Shown here in pieces: positions 1 to 9,955 of a stretch of DNA of 64,000 nucleotides; within the stretch, counting starts at the first letter, position 1; the number at the start of each line of letters is the position of its first letter. The position numbers and the translations under genes are program-made. This stretch comes from an uncultured Rivularia sp. GTDB taxonomy: Bacteria; Cyanobacteriota; Cyanobacteriia; Cyanobacteriales; Nostocaceae. The notes beneath the pieces were generated by a model, which worked only from the letters and a program-made list of their open reading frames with translations, was not told the origin of the DNA and made no database searches. The DNA lies in the NCBI GenBank assembly GCA_963665115.1, contig OY762007.1, forward strand, positions 8,416,001 through 8,480,000, in the 5' to 3' direction.

Positions 1-1725
1 TATGGTGATGGTGCAACTGGTGGTGTCATTAATATCATTACTAAAAGAGCGGATACAGATAGATTGACTTCAAAAACAGAGTTCGGTGTAACTGCTGCTT
101 TGGGAGAATTAGAGGAAGATAGTTTCGGAACGAATTTTCAACATACTATTTCCGTCAACGAAGATAAAGTTGATTTTACTGGCAATATTTCATTCACTAA
201 TACTGGCGTTTTTTATGATGCGGAAGGAGACAAAATTCCTACCGACCCCAACGCCCAAGGTGGTTTCGCTGATTCTCGCAGTTTTAATTTATTCGGAAAG
301 TTAGGTGTAAATCTCGATGATTATCAACGATTGCAGCTGACATTTAACCGCTTCGATGAAAAACAGGATACAGATATCGCTAGCGATCCAACTGTGAACG
401 ATCTACCGGGAAGACAAAAAGCTCGGGCTATTGAAGGATTGAGTTTAGATGAACTTCCAGGGAACGAAAATACGCTGTTAAATTTACAGTACAATCACGA
501 CAATCTGTTAAATAGTAAAGTCCAGGCTCAAGCATACTATCGAAATTATATGACAAGATTTTTTCCTTTCGATGGTCGTGCATTCGCTAGTTTGGGTAAC
601 GAAATAATTCAATCAGAAGTAGATTCGGAGAAATACGGCGCACGCTTTCAAATTGAAACGCCTTTATTTGCTGGGGAAAAAGCCAAATTACTTTGGGGTG
701 CAGATTATTTCAAAGAAGAAACATCCCAGATTGTTTCTACATTCGACACAGATGTGTTTGATTCGAGTGGAGGATTGGTTTTTAATAAAGTAAACGAACG
801 AACTTGGGTTCCACCTCTGGATTTAAGCAGTCTGGGTTTGTTTGCTCAGTTAAATTTGAATGTTGGCGAAAAGTTAGTTTTGAACGGAGGTGTACGTTAC
901 GAAAACTCCGATGTCAGTGTCGATGATTTCAGTACTTTAGCCAATCCCGATGTAAATATAGAAGGTGGCGACCTCGATTTTGATGCAACTCTATTTAACA
1001 TCGGAGCAGTATACTCTCTTACTGATAACGTCAGTGTATTTGCTAATTTTTCTCAAGGATTTTCCCTATCAGATATTGGTTTAGCACTCCGCAACGCACC
1101 ACCAGGATTTACTGTAGAATCCTTAAGTCCAGAACCTCAAAAAGTAGATAATTATGAAATTGGTTTGCGTGGTAGATGGAATAAAGTTCAAACATCCCTA
1201 TCAGCTTTTTACAACGAATCAGAATTAGGTACAACCTTCACAGCACCAGGAACAGTAATCCGCGCACCGGAAAGAATATATGGTGTAGAAGCAGCCATCG
1301 ACGTAAAACCAAGTCCCAGCTTTGCTTTGGGTGGAACACTTACCTTGACTGGTGGTGAAATCGATATTAACGACGATGGGAACTATAGCGCTTTAGATGG
1401 GTTTCGGATTCCTCCATTAAAGCTGACGGCTTATGTAGAAAATGAAACTTTACCAGGATGGAGCAATCGTCTACAAGCATTATTTTCGGGAAATCGAGAC
1501 TTATTCGCAGATAATACCACTTTTGGTAGAAGACCTGTAGACAGCTATTTTGTATTGGACTACATCAGCAGCATAAAAATGGGTGCGGGGACATTACAAA
1601 TTGGCGTTGAAAATCTTTTAGATAACCAATATTTCCCCGTAGTTTCTCAATTACAAGCAAGCAATAGCTCTTACAGTGCTGGTAGAGGTAGAACTTTGAG
1701 CCTTAGATATTCAGTGGATTGGTAA
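1..1725 (+). CDS. TonB-dependent ferric-siderophore receptor (IutA/SchT-like), 5'-truncated by the window edge
   Basis: Frame is open from base 1 (YGDGATGGVINIITK, plug-domain signature). Beta-barrel-like sequence with NLLD-Y near the end and a C-terminal W. Followed by siderophore ABC genes. Confidence 0.93.
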   Translation, partial: YGDGATGGVINIITKRADTDRLTSKTEFGVTAALGELEEDSFGTNFQHTISVNEDKVDFTGNISFTNTGVFYDAEGDKIPTDPNAQGGFADSRSFNLFGKLGVNLDDYQRLQLTFNRFDEKQDTDIASDPTVNDLPGRQKARAIEGLSLDELPGNENTLLNLQYNHDNLLNSKVQAQAYYRNYMTRFFPFDGRAFASLGNEIIQSEVDSEKYGARFQIETPLFAGEKAKLLWGADYFKEETSQIVSTFDTDVFDSSGGLVFNKVNERTWVPPLDLSSLGLFAQLNLNVGEKLVLNGGVRYENSDVSVDDFSTLANPDVNIEGGDLDFDATLFNIGAVYSLTDNVSVFANFSQGFSLSDIGLALRNAPPGFTVESLSPEPQKVDNYEIGLRGRWNKVQTSLSAFYNESELGTTFTAPGTVIRAPERIYGVEAAIDVKPSPSFALGGTLTLTGGEIDINDDGNYSALDGFRIPPLKLTAYVENETLPGWSNRLQALFSGNRDLFADNTTFGRRPVDSYFVLDYISSIKMGAGTLQIGVENLLDNQYFPVVSQLQASNSSYSAGRGRTLSLRYSVDW

Positions 1726-1732
1726 AAATATG

Positions 1733-1922
1733 TTCGTTCGTAGTTGCGCTTTAGCGCCAAAAAAGTAAATAAACAAGCATTTAATTGCTAAAAAATTGTT
1801 CGTTAGTAGTTGCGCTTTAGCGCCAAAAAAGTAAATAAACAAGCATTTAATTGCTAAAAATGGTTTATTAGTAGTTGCGCTTTAGCACTCAAGATTGTTG
1901 GCGCTAAAGCGCAACTACGAAC
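1733..1922. repeat. REP/SDR-type GTAG-palindrome array (tandem ~66-bp units plus an inverted copy)
   Basis: GTAGTTGCGCTTTAGC at 1740, 1806 and 1871 with near-identical spacers; inverted GGCGCTAAAGCGCAACTACGAAC at 1900-1922. Confidence 0.85.
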
Positions 1923-1946
1923 TTAAAATTAAAAGGATAAAACCCA

Positions 1947-2873
1947 ATGAAAAAACATAGCAGACGCTTCTTTATCACAACAGCAATAATGTCTGCTCTA
2001 ACAATCGCTTGCGAAAATAAATCAAATATTTCTCCCAAAACAAATCAATCCAATATTTCAAAAACACCATCCCGAATCGTCGCTTTAGAATGGGTTTACG
2101 TAGAAAATTTACTAGCATTAGGAATTCAACCTGTTGGAATTGCCGATATTAAAGGTTATAAAAATTTCGTTAATATCAAACCACAATTGTCAGACAAAGT
2201 AGTTGATGTAGGAAGCCGAGCCGAACCCAGTTTAGAAGCTATAGCGAAACTAAAACCAGATTTAATTTTAGGAGTAGAACAAAGACATCAAGAAACTTAT
2301 AATTTACTTACTTCCATTGCTCCAACATTTTTATTTAATCCCTACCCTTCCGCAAAAAATGCCAATCAATTAGATGAAATGCAGCAGACTTTTCTGAAAA
2401 TTGCTCAAACCGTGAACCGCGAAGATAAAGGAAAATCTGTATTAAATGAAATGCAGCAAACTTTCGATAAAGCTAAAAAACAACTTAGTGATATAAAAGT
2501 ATCTCAAAATAAATTTATTTTAGGACAATTAAGCGATAGCGGCCCGCAATTACGATTATTTAGCGATAATGCAATGGCTGTACAAATTTTAAATAAAATT
2601 GGTTTAGAAAACGCTTGGAAAGGAACATTCGATATTTTTGGATTTAATATAGTTTGGGTAGAAGCATTACCAAAAGTAGAAGATGCAAATTTTATTTATA
2701 TTACCGTAGATAATAACGTTTACTGGCAGAACTTACAAAATAATCCCGTGTGGAAAGGATTGAAATTCGTGCAGCAAAATCGAATTTATCCGATTGAAGC
2801 AGATACTTGGGTGTTTGGTGGCCCGCTTTCGGCACAGTTATTGGTAGAGGAAGTTGTAAGAGCTTTTAGGTGA
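1947..2873 (+). CDS. Iron-siderophore ABC transporter substrate-binding lipoprotein (FhuD/FecB family)
   Basis: Lipobox LTIAC, RIVALEW, LGIQPVG, EPSLEAIAKLKPDLI. Confidence 0.92.
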   Translation: MKKHSRRFFITTAIMSALTIACENKSNISPKTNQSNISKTPSRIVALEWVYVENLLALGIQPVGIADIKGYKNFVNIKPQLSDKVVDVGSRAEPSLEAIAKLKPDLILGVEQRHQETYNLLTSIAPTFLFNPYPSAKNANQLDEMQQTFLKIAQTVNREDKGKSVLNEMQQTFDKAKKQLSDIKVSQNKFILGQLSDSGPQLRLFSDNAMAVQILNKIGLENAWKGTFDIFGFNIVWVEALPKVEDANFIYITVDNNVYWQNLQNNPVWKGLKFVQQNRIYPIEADTWVFGGPLSAQLLVEEVVRAFR

Positions 2874-2890
2874 ATAATAAATTTTCGTGA

Positions 2891-2977
2891 ATGATGAATA
2901 AAAAGAAAGTAGAGTTGATAGGTGGGGGTAGTTTAATTTTTATGGGAACCAAGATTTTAATAAAAGCTTTCGTGTAG
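2891..2977 (+). pseudogene. Possible 3' remnant of a manganese efflux pump (MntP family)
   Basis: Hand translation KKKVELIGGGSLIFMGTKILIKAFV* resembles the MntP C-terminal helix (ExxGGxxLIxIGxKIL). Confidence 0.45.
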
Positions 2978-3010
2978 TCATATATAGCAATCCTAAATTA
3001 TCGATCGGAA

Positions 3011-3274
3011 TTACTCCCTTCCCGGCTCTATGATTACCGATTATAAAAACTGCAGCGTTAGCGGCTAGCGAAGCGTACCTATTTGTATTGCGTGTCCGTT
3101 GCCGAAGGCTATGCCCGAAGGGCTATTAGGACATAAAGTGTGGTCTTGGGGGGTCTCCCCCATGTGAGCCGGAGGCTTTCTCGAAGAGAACAACTTTTCA
3201 AGACAGAGTACGCAAAGTACGCTGAGGAAAGATGTAAAAAGAGATAGGTAATCTTAGAGCGGTTGGGGGAGTAA
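3011..3274. mobile_element. MITE-like element containing nested small palindromic repeats
   Basis: Imperfect ~28-bp TIRs: TTACTCCCTTCCCGGCTCTATGATTACC and the reverse complement of the right end, TTACTCCCCCAACCGCTCTAAGATTACC. GAA on both flanks. No ORF. Confidence 0.65.
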
Positions 3275-3433
3275 GAAACCCAGTTTTTTGAAAAAACCGG
3301 GTTTCTGGGTATCTCAAATTTGAAAAACCTAGCCTTACAAAGGATGAAGCAGATTCTCCTTTACTGTGTGCAACCAGCTTTTTTGAGAAAAATTATTGAT
3401 AAATTGCAAAAAATATAATAGATTAATTGAATA

Positions 3434-3454
3434 TATTGAGAAATAATAGCAATA
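3434..3454. promoter_or_regulatory. Putative Fur-type operator
   Basis: Imperfect dyad TATTGAGAAATAATAGCAATA upstream of iron-uptake permeases. The AT-rich context weakens the call. Confidence 0.4.
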
Positions 3455-3642
3455 ATTTAAAATGCTATTTGATTAGCAACGTATTTCTATGATTGAAAAA
3501 ATCATTGAAAGTGAGTGCAGATTTAATTTATGGTACGCAAAAGCTTGTCTAAATCCTAAATTAGTATTCGATAATTTATTTTTGAATGATTTTTTTCATT
3601 GCCGCTAATTGTAAATAATTATAAATAACGGAATTCTCCTGG

Positions 3643-4675
3643 GTGAATAAATTAATTTCCACAAAAGCTCATATGCAGATACTATCGCGAACTAAACCCG
3701 TCATTGGTTTAATAGTCGGATGTTTGGTACTTATCATCTGTCTTTTTCTCAGCGTGTCTTACGGTGCTGCTGATATTTCTTGGTCAAGTGTCTATGATTC
3801 GCTAATGTCTTTCGACGGTTCGAGAGAACATCTAATTATCCGTACTGTAAGATTACCGCGTTCCTTACTGGCAATGATAGTAGGTGCATCGATATCTACT
3901 GCTGGTGCAATTATGCAAGGTATAACTCGTAATCCATTAGCCGACCCCCGGAATACTGGGAATTAATGCTGGTGCGGCTTTTGCAGTGGTAATGGCAATT
4001 TTTTTATTTGGTGCTTCGTCACCGAGTTTTTATGTTTGGTGTGCTTTTGCGGGTGCGGGGATTACTGCCGTCAGCGTGTATTTTTTAGCCTCTTTAGGTC
4101 GTAGCGGAATTACTCCACTCAACTTAACTATTGCTGGTGCAGCGATTAGCGCTTTTCTTACTTCCCTGACTACTGGGATATTAATTGTTAGTCAAAGCAC
4201 TCTCGAAGAAATTCGGTTTTGGCTGGCTGGTTCTTTAGCTGGTGCGGATACAAGTCTGATTCTGCAAATTTTGCCTTATGTCTGCATCGGGATGGTATTA
4301 ACATTTATGATTTCCAAGCAAATCACAATTTTAAGTTTGGGAGAAGATATTGCCAAAGGTTTGGGACAACAAACCGTATGGGTGAAAATCCTTGCTGCTG
4401 TTTGCGTTCTGCTATTAGACGGAAGCGCGATCGCAGTTGCGGGTTCAATTGGATTTATAGGTTTGGTGGTTCCTCATATTGTCCGGTTTATCGTAGGTTT
4501 AGATTACCGTTGGATTTTACCCTACAGCGCTTTATTCGGAGCCATATTGCTTTTAGCATCCGATATCGCAGCTCGATTAATTATCAAACCCCAAGAAATC
4601 CCCGTAGGTATTATGACAGCTTTAGTCGGTGCGCCATTCTTCATTTATTTAGCTAAAACCAAGGTGAAGAAATGA
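3643..4675 (+). CDS. FecCD/FhuB-family iron-siderophore ABC permease, split by a +1 frameshift at ~3945
   Basis: RLPR and [11 protein letters not shown]. Removing one C from GACCCCCGG restores [12 protein letters not shown] and joins ORFs 3643-3966 and 3986-4675. Confidence 0.9.
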
Positions 4676-5718
4676 AGACAAATACAATAGTTTTCCGTTC
4701 AAAATTACTACCAATTTCCTTCCGTCTCAAAAAGCGGGTTCCCATCGTCTTATTAATTTTAATTCTGATTACCTTAACCGGAATGGTAATGAATACTTCC
4801 TTCGGGGAATATCCCATTCCACCACTTGCAGTTATTCAAACCGTCTTGGGAATAGATACAGGAAATGCAGATTATGGATTTGTTGTCAATACTTTACGCT
4901 TACCCAGAACCCTTACCGCTTGTTTTGTAGGAATGGCTTTAGCGATTTCCGGAACCATAATGCAGGGTATAACTCGTAATCCTTTAGCCGACCCAGGAAT
5001 TATTGGTATTAACGCGGGTGCAAGTTTAGCAGCAGTAAGTTTAATTGTATTATTACCAAATGTACCTGCGGGAATATTGCCTATAGCAGCTTTTTTCGGT
5101 GCTTTGATTGCTTCATTCTTAATCTATTTTTTAGCTTGGGATAGAGGTACGCATCCGGTACGTTTAATTTTGATTGGAGTAGGAATAGCTGCTGTAGCGA
5201 GTGCTTTTACTAACTTAATGGTCACATTTGGCGATATTTATAATGTTAGTCAAGCATTAGTATGGTTAGCAGGAAGCGTATACGGAAGAAGTTGGAAACA
5301 GCTTTTTTCATTACTACCTTGGCTAATTATTTTTATACCCTTAGCTTTAATAAATGCACCGCAATTAAATGCTTTGAATTTAGGAGAAGAAATAGCCAAA
5401 GGATTGGGTAGTAAAGTAGAATGGCAGCGGACTTTTTTATTATTAATTAGTGCGGCTTTATCGGGAGCAGCAGTAGCAACAGCAGGGACAATCGGTTTTG
5501 TAGGATTAATAGCACCTCATATAGCCCGTCAACTAGTAGGAAATATTCATGAAGGATTGATTCCTGTAGCAGCAATTACCGGAGCAATGATTGTAGTCAT
5601 AGCTGATTTTTTAGGAAGAATTTTATTCGCTCCCATAGAAATTCCTTGTGGAATTGTTACCGCTGTAATTGGTGCCCCATATTTTGTTTATTTGTTGATT
5701 AGGAGTAGGAAGAAATGA
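4672..5718 (+). CDS. FecCD-family iron-siderophore ABC permease
   Basis: [34 protein letters not shown] overlap with the upstream gene. Confidence 0.94.
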   Translation: MKTNTIVFRSKLLPISFRLKKRVPIVLLILILITLTGMVMNTSFGEYPIPPLAVIQTVLGIDTGNADYGFVVNTLRLPRTLTACFVGMALAISGTIMQGITRNPLADPGIIGINAGASLAAVSLIVLLPNVPAGILPIAAFFGALIASFLIYFLAWDRGTHPVRLILIGVGIAAVASAFTNLMVTFGDIYNVSQALVWLAGSVYGRSWKQLFSLLPWLIIFIPLALINAPQLNALNLGEEIAKGLGSKVEWQRTFLLLISAALSGAAVATAGTIGFVGLIAPHIARQLVGNIHEGLIPVAAITGAMIVVIADFLGRILFAPIEIPCGIVTAVIGAPYFVYLLIRSRKK

Positions 5719-5826
5719 GAGGGGGTGATAATAATTAGTAATTCGTAATTCGTAATTCGTAATTATTAATTCCTAACTCCTAAATCATAAATATTCACAA
5801 TGCCCAATTACCAACTTTATATATAA

Positions 5827-6636
5827 ATGAAATTAGCAACTAAAACCCACTACCAACTATCAACCAAAAGCTTAACATTAGGTTACGACAATACTAAAAT
5901 AATTAAAAATATTGATTTAAGTATACCTCAAGGTAAAATTACTGCTTTAGTTGGTGCAAACGGCTGTGGTAAGTCTACTTTATTGCGGGGTTTGGCAAGA
6001 TTATTAAAACCCTTTCACGGAACTATTTATTTAGATTCTACCGACGTATTTAAATTATCTACAAAAGCCGTTGCTAAAAAACTAGGAATTCTTTCTCAAT
6101 CACCAATTGCACCGGAAGGTTTAACGGTAAAAGATTTAGTCGCTTGCGGACGCTATCCTTATCAAAATTGGTTGCAGCAATGGACGAAGGAAGATGAACG
6201 TTTTGTTGAGGTAGCGTTAGAAACTACCAGAATGAAGGAATTTTCAGAACGCGAATTAGATACTTTATCCGGAGGACAAAGACAACGAGCTTGGATTGCA
6301 ATGGCTTTAGCTCAAGATACTGATATTTTATTATTAGATGAACCGACAACTTTTTTAGATTTAGCACATCAAATTGAAGTTTTGGATTTACTGTGGGAAT
6401 TGAATCAAAATCAAGGAAGAACTTTGGTAATGGTGTTACACGATTTAAACCAAGCTTGTCGCTATGCTGATTATTTAGTAGCTGTTAACAAAGGGAATAT
6501 TTATACGCAAGGTAAACCGGAAGATGTGATGAATGAAAAAATGGTTTTAGATGTGTTTGGCTTGGAATGTAAGATTTTTCCAGACCCAGTTTCTGGAACT
6601 CCGATGTGCGTACCAATTGGAAGAAAGGGTAGGTAA
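5827..6636 (+). CDS. Iron-siderophore ABC transporter ATPase (FhuC/FecE)
   Basis: GANGCGKST, LSGGQRQR, LLLDEPT, VLHDLNQA. Confidence 0.95.
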   Translation: MKLATKTHYQLSTKSLTLGYDNTKIIKNIDLSIPQGKITALVGANGCGKSTLLRGLARLLKPFHGTIYLDSTDVFKLSTKAVAKKLGILSQSPIAPEGLTVKDLVACGRYPYQNWLQQWTKEDERFVEVALETTRMKEFSERELDTLSGGQRQRAWIAMALAQDTDILLLDEPTTFLDLAHQIEVLDLLWELNQNQGRTLVMVLHDLNQACRYADYLVAVNKGNIYTQGKPEDVMNEKMVLDVFGLECKIFPDPVSGTPMCVPIGRKGR

Positions 6637-6837
6637 TAAATAAAAGTAAAATTAGCGCAGCGTCTCCCTCCGGGAGATAGTAATCGCAAGGTTTTCGTCC
6701 TTCTTTACATTCTGTTGCATAGTGATATTTAATTGTACCTACCTACTTACCTCGCTTTATTAAGGGTAAAAAAAAAGCAGGCTAGAAATAATCTAAACCC
6801 GCTTATTGAAACTTTAAAATCAACTTTTTCCCAATTC

Positions 6838-7014
6838 TTAATAGTGTCTGTTGTCGGCAGAATCGCCTTCGTATGGCTGTACTCCTGATTTAGGATAATC
6901 ATCATCGCTGGGGCTAAAAATCCGACTTACTCCATTAGTTGTAGCTTTAATTAATTTTTGAGGAATTTCTACAATTGATTTAATCATTCGGCGAGCAATA
7001 GAAGCAGTAGACAT
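6838..7014 (-). CDS. 58-aa small cyanobacterial protein (absent from the ORF track)
   Basis: MSTASIARRMIKSIVEIPQKLIKATTNGVSRIFSPSDDDYPKSGVQPYEGDSADNRHY*. AAGGAG RBS upstream. RIFSPxDDxYPxxGVQPxEGD recalled as a conserved cyanobacterial motif. Confidence 0.75.
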   Translation of the reverse strand: MSTASIARRMIKSIVEIPQKLIKATTNGVSRIFSPSDDDYPKSGVQPYEGDSADNRHY

Positions 7015-7313
7015 ATTAAAATCTCCTTTGTAATTAATCGAAAAATCTTTAACAAACTTTTGTCTGGTTAGCGGTTATGCTAATATTAATCCTTCACCGC
7101 CGAGGGGATTTTCATCATTTAACAATTTACCTTCGATAGAAAAATCAACTTAATGACAGTATGTAGATGACAAAGATGTTTTGCTGAACGGGATGGGTAT
7201 TTTGGGTTTTCAGAATTTTTTCTCCTGTATTAATAATGAGTAAATTATTCAATTTCAGATTTACCCTGATACCTTATCCTTGAAAAAACACCTCGCATAT
7301 TCTTATATTTTGA

Positions 7314-7907
7314 TTATGTTGTTGTAGATGAGGAAGGTGTATTAATTTCCTCTTCAGCGCGAGAATGCATTGTTTCTTCGATATGTTCTTCATGTTGACG
7401 CTGCTGAACCATTGCTTCACGTGCTTTTTCTTGCATAGTCAAATCAAGCTTGACTACATCATGTTTTTCAAGATCGGATTTTGGTAAGCTCAACGTCAAA
7501 AGTCCGTTGTGAATTTCGGCTTTCACTTTGTTGTATTCAACGCACATAGGTAAAGGTATTATGCGTTGAAAGTGTCCGTAACTAAATTCGGAACGATAAA
7601 TACCTTTTTCGTAATGAACTTTCTGTTCTTCATGTTCCCCACTTATTGAAACCGCATCTTGAGTTACATGAATATCTAAATCTTTGGGTTCTATACCCGG
7701 TACTTGAGCTTGAAGAATAAGATTTGCATCCGTCTCTTTAATTTCAATAGCTGGTTCCCAAGTTGCATTTTCGACTTTAGGAATAGCACCAGAAGAATGC
7801 TCGCTAGTTTTATGACTGCTTTTATGCATCACCTCATCAAATAAATTATTCATTTGATGGCGTAGAGTATCGATATCTTTAAGCGGATGCCAGTTTCTTT
7901 CAGACAT
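7314..7907 (-). CDS. Hsp20/alpha-crystallin small heat-shock protein
   Basis: WEPAIEIKET, SEFSYGHFQRIIPLP, NGLLTLSLPK. Confidence 0.93.
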   Translation of the reverse strand: MSERNWHPLKDIDTLRHQMNNLFDEVMHKSSHKTSEHSSGAIPKVENATWEPAIEIKETDANLILQAQVPGIEPKDLDIHVTQDAVSISGEHEEQKVHYEKGIYRSEFSYGHFQRIIPLPMCVEYNKVKAEIHNGLLTLSLPKSDLEKHDVVKLDLTMQEKAREAMVQQRQHEEHIEETMHSRAEEEINTPSSSTTT

Positions 7908-8055
7908 ATATTTCCTCCCTGCAATCCCGATGAAAAATTTGGTCGGCGAGCCTTTTCTCTTGGCTCTACTTTTAAAGTAGGAAAAAAATTTGAGGAACTT
8001 GTGAGGAAAGTTGAGGAATTAGGAGTTTTAAATTACCAATGTCCAATGCCCCATG

Positions 8056-8194
8056 CCCAGCCGAGAACTTGAGAAATTTCTTGCGCTAATGTTAAGGGAC
8101 TGAAGGGTTTAGCGATCGCCGCTTTAATTCCTAAATCATCATAGCGAATACGGTCAGTACTTTGTACTTTTGCTGTTAGTAAAATTACTGATAT
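8056..8194 (-). pseudogene. 3' remnant of a CheY-like response regulator
   Basis: [46 protein letters not shown] (receiver beta4 T/A and KPF motifs). The N-terminal half with the phospho-Asp is missing. Confidence 0.8.
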
Positions 8195-8197
8195 CTG

Positions 8198-8926
8198 GTA
8201 GCCAAAGTAATTCTGGATGTAAATAATCTCAATCTCTTTGAAGAAGGAGACGTACTGATAACAAACCGTACTGATCCCGATTGGGAACCAATCATGAAAA
8301 AAGCTGCTGCCATCGTCACAAATTCTGGCGGTCGTACTTGTCACAGCGCTATCATTGCTAGAGAGTTGGGGATTCCGGCTGTAGTTGGTTGCGGTAATGC
8401 TACTACAACTTTAATCGGTGGGGAAGATATTACCGTTTCCTGTGCTGAAGGTGAAACTGGGAAAGTTTACTGAGGTTTAATACCTTATGAAATAGAAGAA
8501 ATACATCTGGAAAAACTGCCCCACGTCCCCACCAAAATGATGATGAACGTGGGCAATCCCGAAGAAGCTTTTAGTTTGAGCGCTATACCTAACGATGGTG
8601 TAGGACTCGCGAGGATGGAATTTATCATCGCCAATCATATCAAAGCCCATCCATTAGCATTGATTCACTTTGATAAGTTAGAAGACAAATTTGCTAAATC
8701 CAGAATTTTTGAACTAACTCGCAATTACGAAGATAAAACCCAATTCTTTGTAGATAAATTAGCCAGAGGAATCGGAACTATAGCCGCAGCATTTTATCCC
8801 AAACCTGTCATTGTCTGCTTGAGCGATTTCAAAAGTAACGAATATTCCAATCTTTTGGGTGGTAAACAATTTGAACCGCACGAAGAAAACCCGATGTTGG
8901 GATGGCGGGGTGCTTCTCGTTACTAA
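8198..8926 (+). pseudogene. ppsA: Internal fragment of phosphoenolpyruvate synthase
   Basis: [34 protein letters not shown], in-frame TGA at 8471, DGVGLARMEF, EENPMLGWRGASRY. Truncated at both ends. Confidence 0.9.
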
Positions 8927-9094
8927 GGAGAGGGAGCGATACGGCAGGGTGAGGTTTTATATTTAATTTGACCCATTTACTTAATAGGTAATTGATAATA
9001 GGTAATAGGGTATTGGTTGAAAATTTCCTAAATGTTACTAATCCCTAATCTCCAATTTTTAACTGTTCACTGATAACTGTTGGCTGAAAATACT

Positions 9095-9625
9095 ATGTTT
9101 ACAAAAATTTTGGTTTCGATTGATGATTCTGATGCGACTCAACACGTTTTTGGTGAAGCTGTATCTTTAGCAAAAGCAACGGGTGGAAGTTTAATGTTGC
9201 TACACGTAATAAATCCATTGGATGAGCCATCTCTTGACCCATTGTTTATGCAAACAACTGTTCTTTATACAGAATTACATAAAGAAACTCAAAAGAAGAA
9301 TTTGAGCGATTGGGAAAAATTCAAGCAAGATAAAGAAAATTGGTTGCGTTCTTTATGTGAATCGGCTACTTCTTCTGGTGTAAAAGCTGAATTCACTCTT
9401 AATCTAGGCGATGCAAGTAATAGAATTTGCGATATGGCTCGTGCTTGGGATGCCTCGGTAATTGTAATTGGTCGTCGAGGTCATCGTGGTTTGAGTGAAT
9501 TGTTTTTGGGTAGCGTGAGTAATTATGTTATGCATCATGCACCTTGTTCAGTATTAACTGTGCAAGGACCATTAAATTCAACTTCGGAAGCATCTCAAAC
9601 TAAAGATGCAGAAGCTTCTAATTAA
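9095..9625 (+). CDS. Universal stress protein
   Basis: MFTKILVSID ... IVIGRRGHRGLSELFLGSVSNYVMHHAPCSV. Confidence 0.93.
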   Translation: MFTKILVSIDDSDATQHVFGEAVSLAKATGGSLMLLHVINPLDEPSLDPLFMQTTVLYTELHKETQKKNLSDWEKFKQDKENWLRSLCESATSSGVKAEFTLNLGDASNRICDMARAWDASVIVIGRRGHRGLSELFLGSVSNYVMHHAPCSVLTVQGPLNSTSEASQTKDAEASN

Positions 9626-9714
9626 AAACTATTAGTTCAATATTTAGAATTGGACTTTGGACAAAAAATACTGATTTACATAAACTGCAAACAAAAAAAC
9701 ACCTAAACTTTCTC

Positions 9715-9846
9715 ATAAGTACTCGTGCAAAATTAATTTAACATTCTGAAAACTTCAAGTCCCTGCGTTAGCGGAGCGTGTCCGATAGGACATATGCTTC
9801 GTTCCTCGCAATGACAATACACAATTAATTTTGCGTAGGTACTTAT
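9715..9846. mobile_element. MITE (ATAAGTA...CAAAATTAATT TIR family)
   Basis: Left end ATAAGTACTCGTGCAAAATTAATT; right end AATTAATTTTGCGTAGGTACTTAT. Related copy at 23348-23480. Confidence 0.7.
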
Positions 9847-9955
9847 AAGCCTTGCAGCAAATCTTAAGAAAGATGTGACTAATGCATAGCCTCGCAAGGT
9901 AGGGGGGTTAGGTGTTTGCGTAAATTTGAAACCATATAATGTTTTTCGGAGATGT

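Noticed and set aside
1733..1922. CRISPR-like repeat-spacer periodicity (~66 bp)
   Set aside because: Spacers are near-identical, the last unit is inverted, and no cas genes are present. It is a tandem REP duplication.
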